From NCBI RefSeq assembly GCF_009914755.1, contig NC_060933.1: 64,000 nt of DNA. One strand, given 5' to 3'. The translations under genes and the position numbers were made by a program. Position 1 is the first letter of the stretch. Each line of letters opens with the position of its first letter. Source of the stretch: the human T2T-CHM13v2.0 reference genome, Homo sapiens. The notes under the pieces were generated by a model that was not told the origin of the DNA, ran no database searches, and saw nothing but the letters and a program-made list of their open reading frames with translations. Positions 1 through 16,333 of this stretch are shown here, in pieces.

Positions 1-345
1 GAAAGAAGCCAGACTAAAAATATGACACCCATGTCTAATTCTATTTATATAAAAATCCTAGAAAATGCAAACTCATCTATATTGACACAGAGCAAATGAA
101 TGGTTGCCTGGGATGAGATGGAGGTAGTGATAGATAGAAAAAAGGCCCATGGAAACTTTTGGGGGTGATCAAATGTTTGTTATCTTGATTATGGTGACGG
201 TTTTGCTGGTGTGAGTCCATATATGTGTGTGTATGTGCATTTGTGTGTGTGTGTGGGTATGTCAAACCAATCAAAGTGTACATTTTAAATATCTGTAGCT
301 TATCTGTAAATTGTATGGTAATGAGTTATATCTCTAGAAAGCAAG
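1..345 (+). mobile_element. Ancient L1M (L1MC/ME-like) 3' UTR fragment
   Basis: Typical old-L1 3' motifs (gaaagaagccagac, tggttgcctggg, ggaaactttt..ggtgat, atcttgattatggtg); boundaries approximate. Confidence 0.7.
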
Positions 346-1303
346 AAAAGTAGTATTAATTTTAAAAATAAATGCTACCATGTCTCATAAAAACAATGAA
401 AAATGAAGTGACAAAACACAACCTGAAAAGCATCATTTGAAACTGCCCTTGATAGCTGTCACAATGTTGCCACACTGAGTACAATCCAAGCACAATTGAA
501 GGGTACCTGCCTCCACAAATAGCATTTGGAACTCATTGAGATTGGCTGCATCGCACAGGCTATGGGACTAATACAGGAAACACTGGGGAATGTTTAGGGG
601 ACTTTTATGTTCAATTCAGATGTTAAATTGAAATAAAGCTCATCTGAGAAATGTCTACAGCACATTTTCCCCTAGCCTGAAATTCCTTGATAATGTTGCT
701 ATTAGAGGACAAGACAAATACTAGTATCATCCTTGTTGGCTAGCAATATTACAGTAGGCTTTTACATATAGGAATGATGTTTTGATTGTGAAGATATGTA
801 AGGATGAGGAGTGATACAGTGGGATTCTGTCCTCCAGAAGCATAGGGTCTAACGGGAAAACATGACATAAATACCACCAAGAAAGATGTGGTTTATAAAT
901 TATGCACAAGAATCAAGAAAAGATTCACAGACAGATGAGTGAACAGCCTTCTGCCTTTGTGAGCAGGCTGAACAAAAGCTTCAGAGCTTAGAATTTGGCA
1001 TTTGGATTTTAGATGGCCAGAAAATTTCATAAAATCTTAAATTTTTTAAATTTGGTTTATATAAATTTGATTCATATAAATATAAATAAAGTATGGCTGT
1101 GCTTATGGATACAGATACAAACAGATCTTCTCCTCTGAGGCTGTCCATGGTATGAAACTCACACTCTATAGTGAAGAAACCTTTGGCTTAAAGACATTTT
1201 AAAGAAAGAAAAAGATAGAAGGTGGGATTGTGGGTGTCTTGAATAAATAGTGTTTATAAAGCACATTTTGGAAAATTTTATCAAAGTAGATGACTTTAAG
1301 ATG

Positions 1304-1400
1304 CTGTGTGTGTGTGCATGTGTATGTGTGTGTGAAAGGGAGAGAGTGGGAAGGAGGGAGAGGGAGATAAAGGCAGAGATAGAGAAAGATAGATACACAA
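1304..1400. repeat. (TG)n followed by GA-rich low-complexity tract
   Basis: Seen directly. Confidence 0.85.
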
Positions 1401-1610
1401 AGCCTGACATAGAGAGATTGAGCTAGCGAGAGCAAGTGTTTGCATGTATTTAGAAAACTTCCATGTGTGTCTTTGGAACAATGGCTATTTTTCTTCCTCT
1501 ATCTTTTTGTGTTTTCTTTTTTTACCAAGAATTTTTCCTAAATTTGTCATCTTAGTCATCTAAGATGACATGAAAAACCATGCATTAAGTGGCAAGGAGA
1601 GTTGACTTAC

Positions 1611-1630
1611 CTGCTGTGTTCCTGAGACAC
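1611..1630 (-). other. Candidate 20-nt micro-exon (GTGTCTCAGGAACACAGCAG)
   Basis: Minus strand reads ctaacagatctcttccacag|exon|gtaagt; host gene unknown. Confidence 0.3.
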
Positions 1631-2254
1631 CTGTGGAAGAGATCTGTTAGTCTTAACTTGCAGCTGGAGCCCTAACAGTAGTGTCAGTCATCGGGTAGAA
1701 GTCAATAATGAAAGAATTTTAAAAGCCTGTCCATATTCCCATGCCACCCAGATTCCTTAAGTGCCATGAGAAGCAAAATTCTGACAGGGATTTTTTTGTT
1801 TTTGTTTTTTACTTTAATCAACTTGGGAATGGTGTAGCTTCACTAAGTCTATGAAAAGTAAGAAAGAAAAAGGAAAAAGAGACAATAATATTCTTGTCCT
1901 TTTCATATGTTTGGAGAGCTCTTTGTTGCTACTAATATGGGATTTGTTTCAACATAAAAACTGGTTAAGGAAGTGGGAGGAAGGGGGCGGAGTTCTTGGG
2001 AACAGAGGATAGAAATAGATATCATAAAATGTCTTGTGTGTTGGGACCCCTAGCCAGTCCCGAGTGACAGGGCATGGCCATCCTGGAGACAAAAATATTA
2101 AGATTTGTGCTCCTAGGAATGGGTACAAATATATGACCAGGCTTTTTTCTTTTGTGTAGCTTTTCTTTGTTCAGAATCAGTTCTTTATATGTTTTTTCTT
2201 ATGTAACTTGGTGTTTTCATCTCCCCAGGTTTCTTTACCTCTTGGGTAGCATGC

Positions 2255-2465
2255 ACCTGAGGGCTGAATTTAGACCACTGGGTTCAGGTTCTAGGTTCAC
2301 CACTTACTACATGTGGGAGCGTAAACAAGTTATTTAACTTCTCTGCGTCCCAATTTTCTCATTCATAAAAGTGAGAAAAGGATTAATAATCATTGCATAG
2401 AAATTTAGAAAGAATTTGTCATGATAGTACCTATGCATTGGAAATGCTTGATAACTGTTAGTCTT
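2255..2465 (+). mobile_element. MIR SINE
   Basis: MIR core-like ctgggttc..ccacttact..caagttatttaacttctctg..ttttctcat. Confidence 0.75.
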
Positions 2466-3059
2466 TTATGGTTTTTATTTCTCAGCCTCAGCTGCCTGCC
2501 TTTTCCTCTGCTTCCTGCACCAGATGGACATCCTCAGAATAGTATTCACGAACCCACAGCTTGGTTAACTAAGGACTCAGGGAAAGCTGGGTCCTACTAA
2601 TTGTCTTGGGTCTGGTTACTCATATGTAGATTCTCAACATAGCAGTCTGGTAAGAACAAACATTTCCAGACCACCTGTTTGTCTAAGTATATGCCACAGC
2701 CTTGGGGGCAGAAAGTGAGGAGGAGGAAGAAAAGGAATAGGAAGAGGCAGAAACAACATATTCTATTTTGAGGCTGCAATAAATGAAAGCATTCAGAAAC
2801 TATTAATTGAGAAGCCAGAGTAGAGTCTCTGTGAATTATAGATATTGGTATTATAAGCAACTTGGTATGAACACAAGAACGTAAAAATCAGTAAGCAAAC
2901 GTAAGTTATGAGAAAGGGAAAATTAAAATGGGTAAAGAAAAAGTACAGCAGAACATCAACAGCAGTTATCTTTAGGTAAAGAGATTGCGATAGATCTGTT
3001 TATATCTATGTCTGCATCATGGTACTTTAAGGCTAGAGACCTTTTAGCAAGTGACGTTG

Positions 3060-3900
3060 ACTATTCATCTGTGGATGGATATTTGGGTTGTTTCTGTATC
3101 TTGCCTATTGCGCATAATGCTGCAATACACATGGAAGTATAGATACCCCTTCAAGATCCTGATCTCAATTCTTTTGAAGATATGCCCAGAGGTGAGAATG
3201 CTGGATCATATGGTAGTTCAATTTTTAATTTTTTAAGGAACCTCACCAACACCGCTTATCTTTTTTTTTTTGCTAATAGCCATCCTAATAGGTGTGAGGT
3301 GATATCTCATTTTTGATGTGCAAATGGATAAACAAAATGTCATATATACATACACAGTAATAATATTCACTCTTACAAAGGAAGAAAATCCTGTCGTTTG
3401 TACCCTTCAACATGGATGGATCTGGATGACTTATTAAGTGAAATAAGTCTGTCACAGAAGGATAAATACTGCATGATTCCTCTTATATCAGGTATCTAAA
3501 ATATTCAAAGGTATAGAAGTAGACAACAGGATGGTGGTTAACAGGGTATGGTGGAGGGGAATGTGGGGAGTTGTAGTTCCATAGGTATGAAATTATAGTT
3601 GTGCAGGAGAAGTAAGTTCCAGAGATTGGCTATACAACATAGTGCCTGTAGTTAACAATAAGGTATCATATATTTAACATTCTGTTAAGAATGTAGATCT
3701 TATGTTGTGTTCTTATCACAAAAAACAAACAAACAACAGAGGGACACAAGGAAACTTTTGGAGGTGATAGATATGTTTATTACTTGGATTGTGACAGCAA
3801 CACAAGTATATACATATGTCCAAACTTGCCAGATTGTATACATTAATTACTGCGGTTTTTCTATGCTGATTATACCTCAGTAATACTGGGGTGTGGGAAG
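3060..3900 (+). mobile_element. L1MA-like 3' fragment with 5' inversion (about 3060-3316 inverted)
   Basis: Minus-strand ORF2 end/3' UTR segment joined to the plus-strand continuation of the same consensus. Confidence 0.7.
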
Positions 3901-4219
3901 AAAAAGCAACACTTTGAGAGCCTTGGTTTTAAAGGGAACTAGAATGTATAATGTTTTCGTGATGCTTTGACCTCCGAGAGATGCCGCATTTCTTTCAGGG
4001 AAAAAAGATGAGTGCTTTGGGGCTCCAGAAATCTTGGTATTAAAGGAGCAGACTGCAAAAAACCACAGATATAAAATAATGACACAAATATTTGTCTAAC
4101 ACTTTGAGCTCTTCCTTGTAATTTATCTCATTTGATCCTGGGAATAACCCTCTGAGGTAGGCAACATGGCAAGATAATTTACTGACATTTATTTCAATGA
4201 ATGGGTTTATTGATCCCTT

Positions 4220-4620
4220 CACTTATTCATTCACTGAATTAATATTTATGAAGTCTTACTATGTGCTGGGAATTTTGACTAGCACTAAGGATAATAAGAG
4301 GATAAATGGGGCAGAATTGTAGTTGAGGGAGACAAACAATAAACCAATAAACAGGTCCACAAGATAGTTGCAGATGCTAGAGGAAATACACAGGATCTAG
4401 AAAGACCTTTAAAAATAGGATTGCCTGAAAAGACCTTTCTGAGGAAGAGATGGTTGAGTTGGGACTCAAGTTACCAAAAAGAGCCAAGCTGTTCACAGAG
4501 TTGGAGAAGGAATGTTTGAGAAAAAACAAGCACAGGCATAAAGTCCCTGAGTCAGGAAGGAGCTGGAGCAGCGTCAGGAGCAGGAATGATGGTACTGTGC
4601 CTCGAGAAATGTGAGGTAGG
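4220..4620 (-). mobile_element. L2 fragment
   Basis: ttattcattca..tatttatgaag..tactatgtgc L2 3' end signature. Confidence 0.65.
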
Positions 4621-5284
4621 GGCAGGAGAAACAGAAAATGCTTCTCCCCCTGGCTTACCGAAAAAACATTATTGAGGTCCTTGGTACCTCCTTGCCTAGG
4701 GAAATCTTGTAAAAACTGATGGAAAAGTAAGACTCTTGTGGTCTTTTAGAAAAGCTTTAGCTTACTGTAGAATACGATAAAGCTGGAAGGCGGGGTGGTA
4801 AGAGAGAGGGAGAAGTGCCTCTACTTGGTTGTTGATTGACTGATAGGTAGATTGAATTTCCAGAGACTGGGAAGTAGACAAAGGTTAACAGTTCCAGATG
4901 TTGGCAGGACACCCATTCATTGGATGTATCCTGGGGAGGTGGGATGACTTCCAGTGGGAATAGTTCTATGGCCACCTGTGGAGGCCAAATGCAGGCCACA
5001 GGGAATTGCAGTCAACTCAAAGGTTCTGAGCCATGCCATGGAGAAGTCACTTGGACCACCAGACCCAAAGGGACCATTCAAGGTGAGTTAAGAGGCACTC
5101 AGAAGCTACTCAGGTAAATCAATGACAAGTGAGCCTCCCCAGTTCCTCAATCTTTTGGCATGGAGGAAGATGCCAGGAACTTGGCCCAGCTCCTGAGGGT
5201 TAAATAAGGAAAGGTAGGAAATAATGACAAAAACTGACAACGTGTGAAACAGTGTGGGGGCAGAAATAAGTTAGTTGCTGGTTA

Positions 5285-5820
5285 TTTTCTGCTTGTCCCA
5301 CCCCTAGATCCTCTATGCTCTTATCTTTTCTGCTGTATGCCTAGAAGGCCAAACCCTATGGTATTTACTCCCATTTTCTCTTGACCTCTGACTTATACTT
5401 GGATTCAGCCAGTAGAAGACACTGGCAGATGCAGGAGGGTAAGAGAATGGATTCAGCTAATGAGAGACACTGGCAGATAAATATAGGAGGGTGGGAGGAG
5501 CAGGACTTCAGGCATTTACTGTCCTAGTTCCCTTTCTCTTGGCCATTTTTCTGGTAGTGGCTGTGTTCCTGGGATCACAGCTCCTGGTTATCATCCCTGC
5601 TTTTAGGGCTCTAGCTCTCCCACTGACCCTCGTAACATTTCTTCTGCCCTCTGCCCAGAGAGGCTTAGGAGAGGTCATAGACTGTTGCTCTTGCTAAGCC
5701 CTGTGTAGCTCTCCTTTGTTTCCTTAACTCTGCCACATCTGTAAATAGCCTTTTCATGAAATCCCTTCAAATAAATAAATACATTAGAGTGGGCCATGTA
5801 GTTCTTGCTGGGGTACTCAT
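5285..5820 (+). mobile_element. ERVL solo LTR (LTR33-like)
   Basis: 3' end taaatagccttttcatgaaatcccttcaaat..gagtgggccat..ttcttgctggg resembles LTR33; internal diverged ~48-bp duplication at 5401-5478. Confidence 0.55.
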
Positions 5821-5869
5821 GGACTTAAAGAAAATTAAGTGATAGCTCTTACTAACTCAAGTCTGTAGA

Positions 5870-6020
5870 CTGAAATCAATGCCTTATGTGTTAGGATGGG
5901 AATTATTCTTCCTCATTTTACAGATGGAGAAAGATTTAGTGAGTTGTCCAAGGCACACAGCTGGTAAGTGTCACAGCCAGGACGTTAACTCAGTAATTCT
6001 GACTTGGTGCTTTTTTCTAT
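5870..6020 (-). mobile_element. MIR SINE
   Basis: cattttacagatggagaa..ttgtccaaggcacacagctggtaagtg. Confidence 0.75.
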
Positions 6021-6769
6021 ATACCAAACATATTAGAGCTAAGAAAAACATAATGTTCCTCACCACATGCAAATTAGGATAGGGTAAAGTACTTGCTAAT
6101 CATCAAGGTACAGACCCATGAGAGGCAAGATTGATATCCAAAGAGAAAACACATTTGTTCACACAGGAAGAGTTTCCACTGCTAGGAGTTTTCCAAATCC
6201 TGCAATGTCAAGTAGCTCCCTGGTTGTCAGCAGAGTGGACATCGATGGTCAGTGCCACCCTGGCTTTACAGGCAGGAGTAGGAGAAATGGGCTCTAGCCC
6301 TACAAAGTTCAATGTGGCTTCTCCAGTTCAAGTTTCAATAGCCATCAATTAAGGGTTGCAGACAAACCTACTGTTTCCTTTACTAGTTGACCTATTAAAG
6401 AAATGTGTGAAGACAAATGTTTTTGTTTTTCCTTGCAGACAGAATAGCCCCAGTGATCCTAAACTGTGTACCCACAGGTCTTTTAGTTATGTGCACGGTG
6501 TTTTTAAAGGTGAAGTTACTGAGTTTTGCGTTTAGTTTGGAAACAGTGCCACGCATTTAATCCCTACTGCCTCACATCTGGTGCTGTCACTCCTGTATTT
6601 GAAGGCCATGCTCTTTGCAGTCATTTCACTTTGGGTGCCTTGATCTAAACCCACACCAGAGAGAGAATATTTTCTCCATTAGCAAATGGTCATCATTATG
6701 CTGAGAGTCATTAGATTTTGTTTTTTCCTGCTATTCTTGGAGCTTGTCTGCAAAAGGCCTAGAATTAGA

Positions 6770-7790
6770 CTTTTTCGTTATCATTTAAAAAGTTTTTATT
6801 CAAGTATAATTTATAGGCAGAAAAGTGAAAAATGCTGTGTGCAGCCAAAGTTTCACCAAGTGAACACATCCATTTAAACACTACAGTATCAAAAAGTTGG
6901 GTCACCTTAGTGGTCTCCTTTTTAACCCTTCCCAGTCATTCCATTCTTCCACAAAGGTAACCACATTCCTGGTGTCTATGACTATTGATGGATTTTGCCT
7001 GTTTGGGGACATTATATAAATAGAATCACATAGTATGACTTTTGTGTCTGGTTTCTTTTGCCCAGTATTTATGTTTGTGAGTTTTACTCATATTTTTAGT
7101 GTAGCTAATCCATTCCCATTACTATATAGTATTAGTTGCATGATTTTATCAAAAGATAAAAAGATTGTATGAAAAGTATTGATGGACCATTTGTGTTGTT
7201 TGTTTTTCTGCTATTACAAATAATGCTGCAAGGAAGATTCAACAAATTTTGGTGCACATGCAAACATATTTTTGTTGTATATCTACCCAGAACTGGAATG
7301 GCTAGGCCAAATAGTATGCATATGTTCAACTTTAGTAGATAAAACTAGCTGCCAAAGAATGTATTTAAATCTCCTTAAATAGCATATGAAAATTATAATT
7401 TCTCAAAACCTTTGCCAACACTTGGTTTTGTTAGTCTTTTTAGGTTTAACCATTCAGATGTATATTTAATTTTTATCTCCCTGATGACTAACGAAGCTCA
7501 ACATCTTTCTCTATGTTTATTGGCTATTTGGTATCTTTGGCAAAGAGCCTGTTCAATTCTTTTCCTATGTTTTTCTTCTGTGTTGTCCATATTTTTCTTA
7601 CTGATTTGTAAAAATTCTTTATTCTGAATGAATGTTTTATTAGTTACAGATAAAGTACATATCTCCAGTATGGGGGCTTGCCTTTTAGTCTCTCCATGAT
7701 TTGTTTTATGGATGCTTTCAATTATTTTAATCATCTCTATTTTTGTGTGCATTTTCATCCTTTTAGACATTACATTTTTCATTTTCTGCA
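6770..7790 (-). mobile_element. Ancient L1M 3' fragment
   Basis: Degenerate L1 3' UTR and ORF2 C-terminus; minus ORF 7498-7791 resembles the ORF2 end (KEFLQISKK..IANKH). Confidence 0.75.
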
Positions 7791-7849
7791 CATCTAAGAC
7801 ACAACGGGGCTAATTATATTTGTAAAACCCCTCAAAGTTTAGCACAAAT

Positions 7850-8000
7850 AAACAACCTGGGGGTCTTCACTAAATCCAGGTAGATCAGAATTGAATTAAA
7901 TTGTAGGGCACTAAGCCGGCTAATTGGTTGGGGTGGAAAAAAAATACCTCACACATTTGGTGTCAGAAGTGGTATTGAGAATAAAAATAGATCATAGTAA
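7850..8000. mobile_element. MER21-like LTR fragment
   Basis: tcagaattgaattaaattgtagg..cacacatttggtgtcagaagtg motif. Confidence 0.55.
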
Positions 8001-8764
8001 TGTTGTAACTGAGTTTTTTTTTTAGAGGAGAGCCTCTGACTTTAGAAACACATGCTGAAATGTATATACATAAAATTGTATGATGTTGAGGATTTGCTTC
8101 AAAATAATCCAGAGTACAATAATATTGGACATAGTAGATAATTGTTGAAGTTGGTGATAGGTACAGAGATTTTTTATACTATTACCTTTACTTTTCTAGA
8201 TGAAAAGTTAAGAAAAAGAAAAAAAGAGCAGAAAGAGAGAAATTACAGGTATTTGGTCTAGCTAGCTCTTTCAAGGAGTTTTTCTATGAAGGAAAGAGGA
8301 ATATCAGATATTATCTGGAGAGAACTGTAAGATCAAAGAAAATTGTTTTGTGTTGAACATATTACCTCCCATGCTAAACCATCTTTGTAAGGTATTTGGG
8401 AATACTCCAGTAGAGAGGGAAAATTTGATATGCTAGAGGGAAAAAAGATAAATACATAGTCTTTTTGTGGCAGCAAAAATAGGAAGAATATTCCAAAAGA
8501 AGGAATTACATGGGCAAAGGTTTTAGGACAGCAGTGAGCTTAGAATATTCTAAGAGCAAGCAGAAGGCTAGAGGGCTTGTAGTGAAGTGACTAAGAGGAG
8601 GCTGGGCAGCAGGGCCACATCCTGCAGGGCCTCCAAGGCCATTGTAAGAAGTTTGGTATTATTTTACTGGTAATGGAAAGCCACTGGATGAATTTAAATA
8701 AAGAGTTAAACTTTAAATTGGTCTGGCATGCTACCTGGAATAGACTTGGGTGTAGGCAAGGTAA

Positions 8765-8769
<5 letters not shown>

Positions 8770-8815
<46 letters not shown>
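8770..8815. repeat. (TG)n microsatellite, followed by a 20-bp tandem duplication at 8832-8871
   Basis: Seen directly. Confidence 0.95.
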
Positions 8816-8819
<4 letters not shown>

Positions 8820-8942
8820 GAGGCATGAAGTAAGTGTGGAGGCAGGAAGAGAAGTGTGGAGGCAGGAAGAGAAGTTTGGAGACTATTTCAGTGTTCCAGA
8901 TGAGAGATAATCGTGGCTTAGACTGAGACTGTTGAAGTGAAA

Positions 8943-9396
8943 TATTATGAGTTAAAGTATATTCCCTCAAAAAAAAAAAGGTATGTTGAGATCCTAATCC
9001 TTGGTACACAGACTGTGGCTTTGTTTGGAAATAGGATCATTGAAGAAATGATTAGTTAAGATGAGGTTATACTGGAGTAGGTAGGGACCTTAATTCAATA
9101 TGACTTCTGTCTTTGTCAGAAGACAGCCATGTGAAGACAAACACACAGGGAGAATACCATGTAAAGACAGAGAGTTGGAGCAATGCATCCACAAGCCACA
9201 AAACTCCAAGGATTGCAGGCAACTCACCAGAAGATAAGGAGATGACAGGAAAAATTTCTCTATAGATTTTAGAGGCAGCATGGTCTTGCTAATGTTTTAT
9301 TTTGAACTCCTAGTCTTCAAAATTGAGAGACAAGAAGTTTTAGTTAAGTCATCCAGTATGTGGTGTTTTGTTACAGCAGCCTTAGCAAACTGATAT
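8943..9396 (+). mobile_element. MaLR solo LTR (MLT1B-like), inserted in an L2 relic
   Basis: ttgtttggaaatagg..gttaagatgagg..tactggagtagg; ends ttgttacagcagcc..aaactgata. Confidence 0.8.
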
Positions 9397-9649
9397 GGAG
9401 ATGGTGAAAAGTGGTCACACATTTTGAAGAAAAATACTTAATAAATATAGTGTATTATTAATGTAGATTATAACTTATAATTAGTAATATTAATTTATTA
9501 TAATCTTATATTAAAAATATACTTATATATTGATTAATGTCATTTTAATTTATCATTCTATATGACACATATTTTATATATATTGATTAACATAGTTTTA
9601 ATTTATTCTATATTATAAATATATTTTATATATTGATGTACTCATTTAG

Positions 9650-10187
9650 AAATTATGAATATTTATTGAAAAACAAAAAATGCAGAAAAAAATGAATAAA
9701 TGTTCATGTTTGAAAGGTTGGCATCTTAAAGGTGCCAGTGGCCCCCCAACTTAATCTATACAATTTCAAAATAAGTCACAGAAAGATACTTCAATGAAGA
9801 ATAACAAAAATGGGATTGTTCAGATAACAGTAGGTATCAAAATTGTTTATAAAGCTATAGTAGTGAGACTGTTGTGGTATTGGTACAATGTCAGAAAAAA
9901 TAGATTAAAAATAGAAATAAACCTACATAAATGTGAAAAATTGGTATATTTTAGTAATACAATGAATGGTAATACAAAACAATAAGAAAAAAAATGGATC
10001 ATTCAACAAAATGATGCCATGAAACTATAAAGAATATCAATATGTGTGATTCTTACCTGAAATCACATAAACAACAAAAATTTATTTCTGAAAGCTAAAC
10101 ACATACGATAAAATATCTAAGAAAATACAAAATAATATATTTGTTGTTTAGTGACAAAGAAGTATTTTTAATGAAAATACCAAAAGC
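9650..10187 (+). mobile_element. Ancient L1M ORF2 fragment (5' part, split by L1-A)
   Basis: ORF 9794-9985 has YKAIVV..WYWY ORF2-like motif; sequence continues after 16333. Confidence 0.65.
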
Positions 10188-10188
10188 A

Positions 10189-11214
10189 GGAGGAGCCAAG
10201 ATGGCTGAATAGGAACAGCTCCAGTCTACAGCTCCCAGCGTGAGCGATGCAGGAGACGGGTGATTCCTGCATTTCCAACTGAGGTACCCTGTTCATCTCA
10301 CTGGGGTGTGCCAGACAGCGGGTGCAGGACAGTGGGTGCAGCGCACCGTGTGCGAGCCGAAGCAGGGCGAGGCATCACCTCACCTGGGAAGCACAAGGGG
10401 TCAGGGAATTCCCTTTCCTAGTCAAAGAAAGGGGTGACAGATGGCACCTGGAAAATCGGGTCACTCCAGCCCTAATACTGCGCTTTCCCAACCGGCTTAA
10501 AAACCGGCACACCTGGAGATTATATCACACACCTGGCTCAGACGGTCCTACACCCACGGAGTCTCACTCATTGCTAGCACAGCAGTCTGAGATCAAACTG
10601 CAAGGCGGCAGCCAGGCTGGGGGAGGGGTGCCGGCCATTGCCGAGACTTGCTTAGGTAAACAAAGCAGACGGTAAGCTTGAACTGGGTGGAGCCCACCAC
10701 AGCTCAAGGAGGCCTGCCTGCCTCTGTAGGCTCCACCTCTGGGGGCAGGGCACAGACAAACAAAAAGGCAGCAGTAACCTCTGCAGACTTAAATATCCTT
10801 GTCTGACAGCTTTGAAGACAGTGGTGGTTCTCCCAGCATGCAGCTTGAGATCTGAGAATGGGCACACTGCCTCCTCAAGTGGGTCTCTGATCCCCGAGTA
10901 GCCTAACTGCGAGGCACCCCCCAGTAGGGGTGGACTGACACCTCACACGGCTGGGTACTCCTCTGAGACAAAACTTCCAGAGCAACAATCAGGTAGCAGT
11001 ATTTCCGGTTCACCAATATCCGCTGTTCTGCAGCCACCGCTGCTGATACCCAGGCAAACAGGGTCTGGAGTGGACCTCTAGCAAACTCCAACAGACCTGC
11101 AGCTGAGGGTCCTGTCTGTTAGAAGGAAAACTAACAAACAGGAAGGACATCCACACCAAAAACTCATCTGTACGACACCATCATCAAAGACCAAAGGTAA
11201 ATAAAACCACAAAG
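10189..11214 (+). promoter_or_regulatory. L1-A 5' UTR internal promoter (YY1 site CAAGATGG at 10197) and antisense promoter
   Basis: Homology to the primate L1 5' UTR; activity is not shown. Confidence 0.7.
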
Positions 11215-12229
11215 ATGGGGAAAAAACAGAACAGAAAAACTGGAAACTCTAAAAAAGCAGAGTGCCTCTCCTCCAAAGGAACGCAGCTCCTCACCAGCAA
11301 TGCAACAAAGCTGGATGGAGAATGACTTTGATGAGTTGAGAGAAGAAGGCTTCAGACAATCAAACTACTCCGAGCTACAGGAGGAATTTCGAACCAATGG
11401 CAAAGAAGTTAAAAACTTTGAAAAAAAAATTAGATGAATGGATAACTAGAATAACCAATGCAGAGAAGTCCTTAAAGGACCTGATGGAGCTGAAAACCAA
11501 GGCACGAGAACTACGTGACGGATGCACAAGCCTCAGTAGCCAATGAGATCAACTGGAAGAAAGGGTATCAGTGATGGAAGATGAAATGAATGAAATGAAG
11601 CGAGAAGAGAAGTTTAGAGAAAAAAGAATAAAAAGAAATGAACAAAGCCTCCAAGAAATATGGGACTATGTGAAAAGACCAAATCTACGTCTGATTAGTG
11701 TACCTGAAAGTGACAGGGAGAATGGACCCAAGTTGGAAAACACTCTGCAAGATATTATCCAGGAGAACTTCCCCAGTCTAGCAAGGCAGGCCAACATTCA
11801 GATTCAGGAAATACAGAGAATGCCACAAAGATCCTCCTCGAGAAGAGCAACTCCAAAACACATAATTGTCAGATTCACCAAAGTTGAAATGTAGGAAAAA
11901 ATGTTAAGGGCAGCCAGAGAGAAAAGTCGGGTTACCCTCAAAGGGAAGCCCATCAGACTAATAGCTGATATCTCGGCAGAAACTGTACAAGCCAAAAGAG
12001 AGTGGGGGCCAATATTCAACATTCTTAAAGAAAAGAATTTCAACCCAGAATTTCATATCCAGCCAAACTAAGCTTTATAAGTGAAGGAGAAATAAAATCC
12101 TTTACAGACAAGCAAATGCTGAGAGATTTTGTCACCACCAGGCCTGCCCTAAAAGAGCTCCTGAAGGAAGCACTAAACATGGAAAGGAACAACCAGTACC
12201 AGCCACTGCAAAAACATGCCAAATTGTAA
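11215..12229 (+). pseudogene. ORF1: L1-A ORF1, disrupted
   Basis: ATGGGGAAAAAAC start; frameshifts and stops (e.g. TAG at 11892); fragment 11571-11894 matches ORF1p. Confidence 0.93.
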
Positions 12230-12292
12230 AGACCATCAAGGCTAGGAAGAAACTGCATCAACTAACAAGCAAAATAGCCAGCTGACATCACA

Positions 12293-16105
<3,813 letters not shown>

Positions 16106-16333
16106 ACAATGAGATCACATGGACACAGGAAGGGGAACATCACACTCTGGGGACTGTTATGGGGTGGGGGGAGAGGGGAGGGATAGCATTAGGAGATATA
16201 CCTAAAGTAAATGAGGAGTTAATGGGTGTAGCACACCAACATGGCACATGTATACATATGTCACAAACCTGCACGTTGTGCACATGTACCCTAAAACTTA
16301 AACTATAATAATAATAAAAAAAATACCAAAAGC

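Noticed and set aside
6421-6515. Isolated plus-strand acceptor at 6438 (similar ones at 47292 and 56681)
   Set aside because: No convincing donor or ORF; such motifs are expected by chance.
8728-9009. VCVC/HTHT repeat ORFs (also near 77, 1159, 44243, 47254, 52877)
   Set aside because: These are translations of dinucleotide microsatellites.
9420-9670. AT-rich ~50-bp degenerate repeats as a CRISPR-like array
   Set aside because: Low-complexity tandem decay with no constant repeat/unique spacer structure, in a eukaryotic context.
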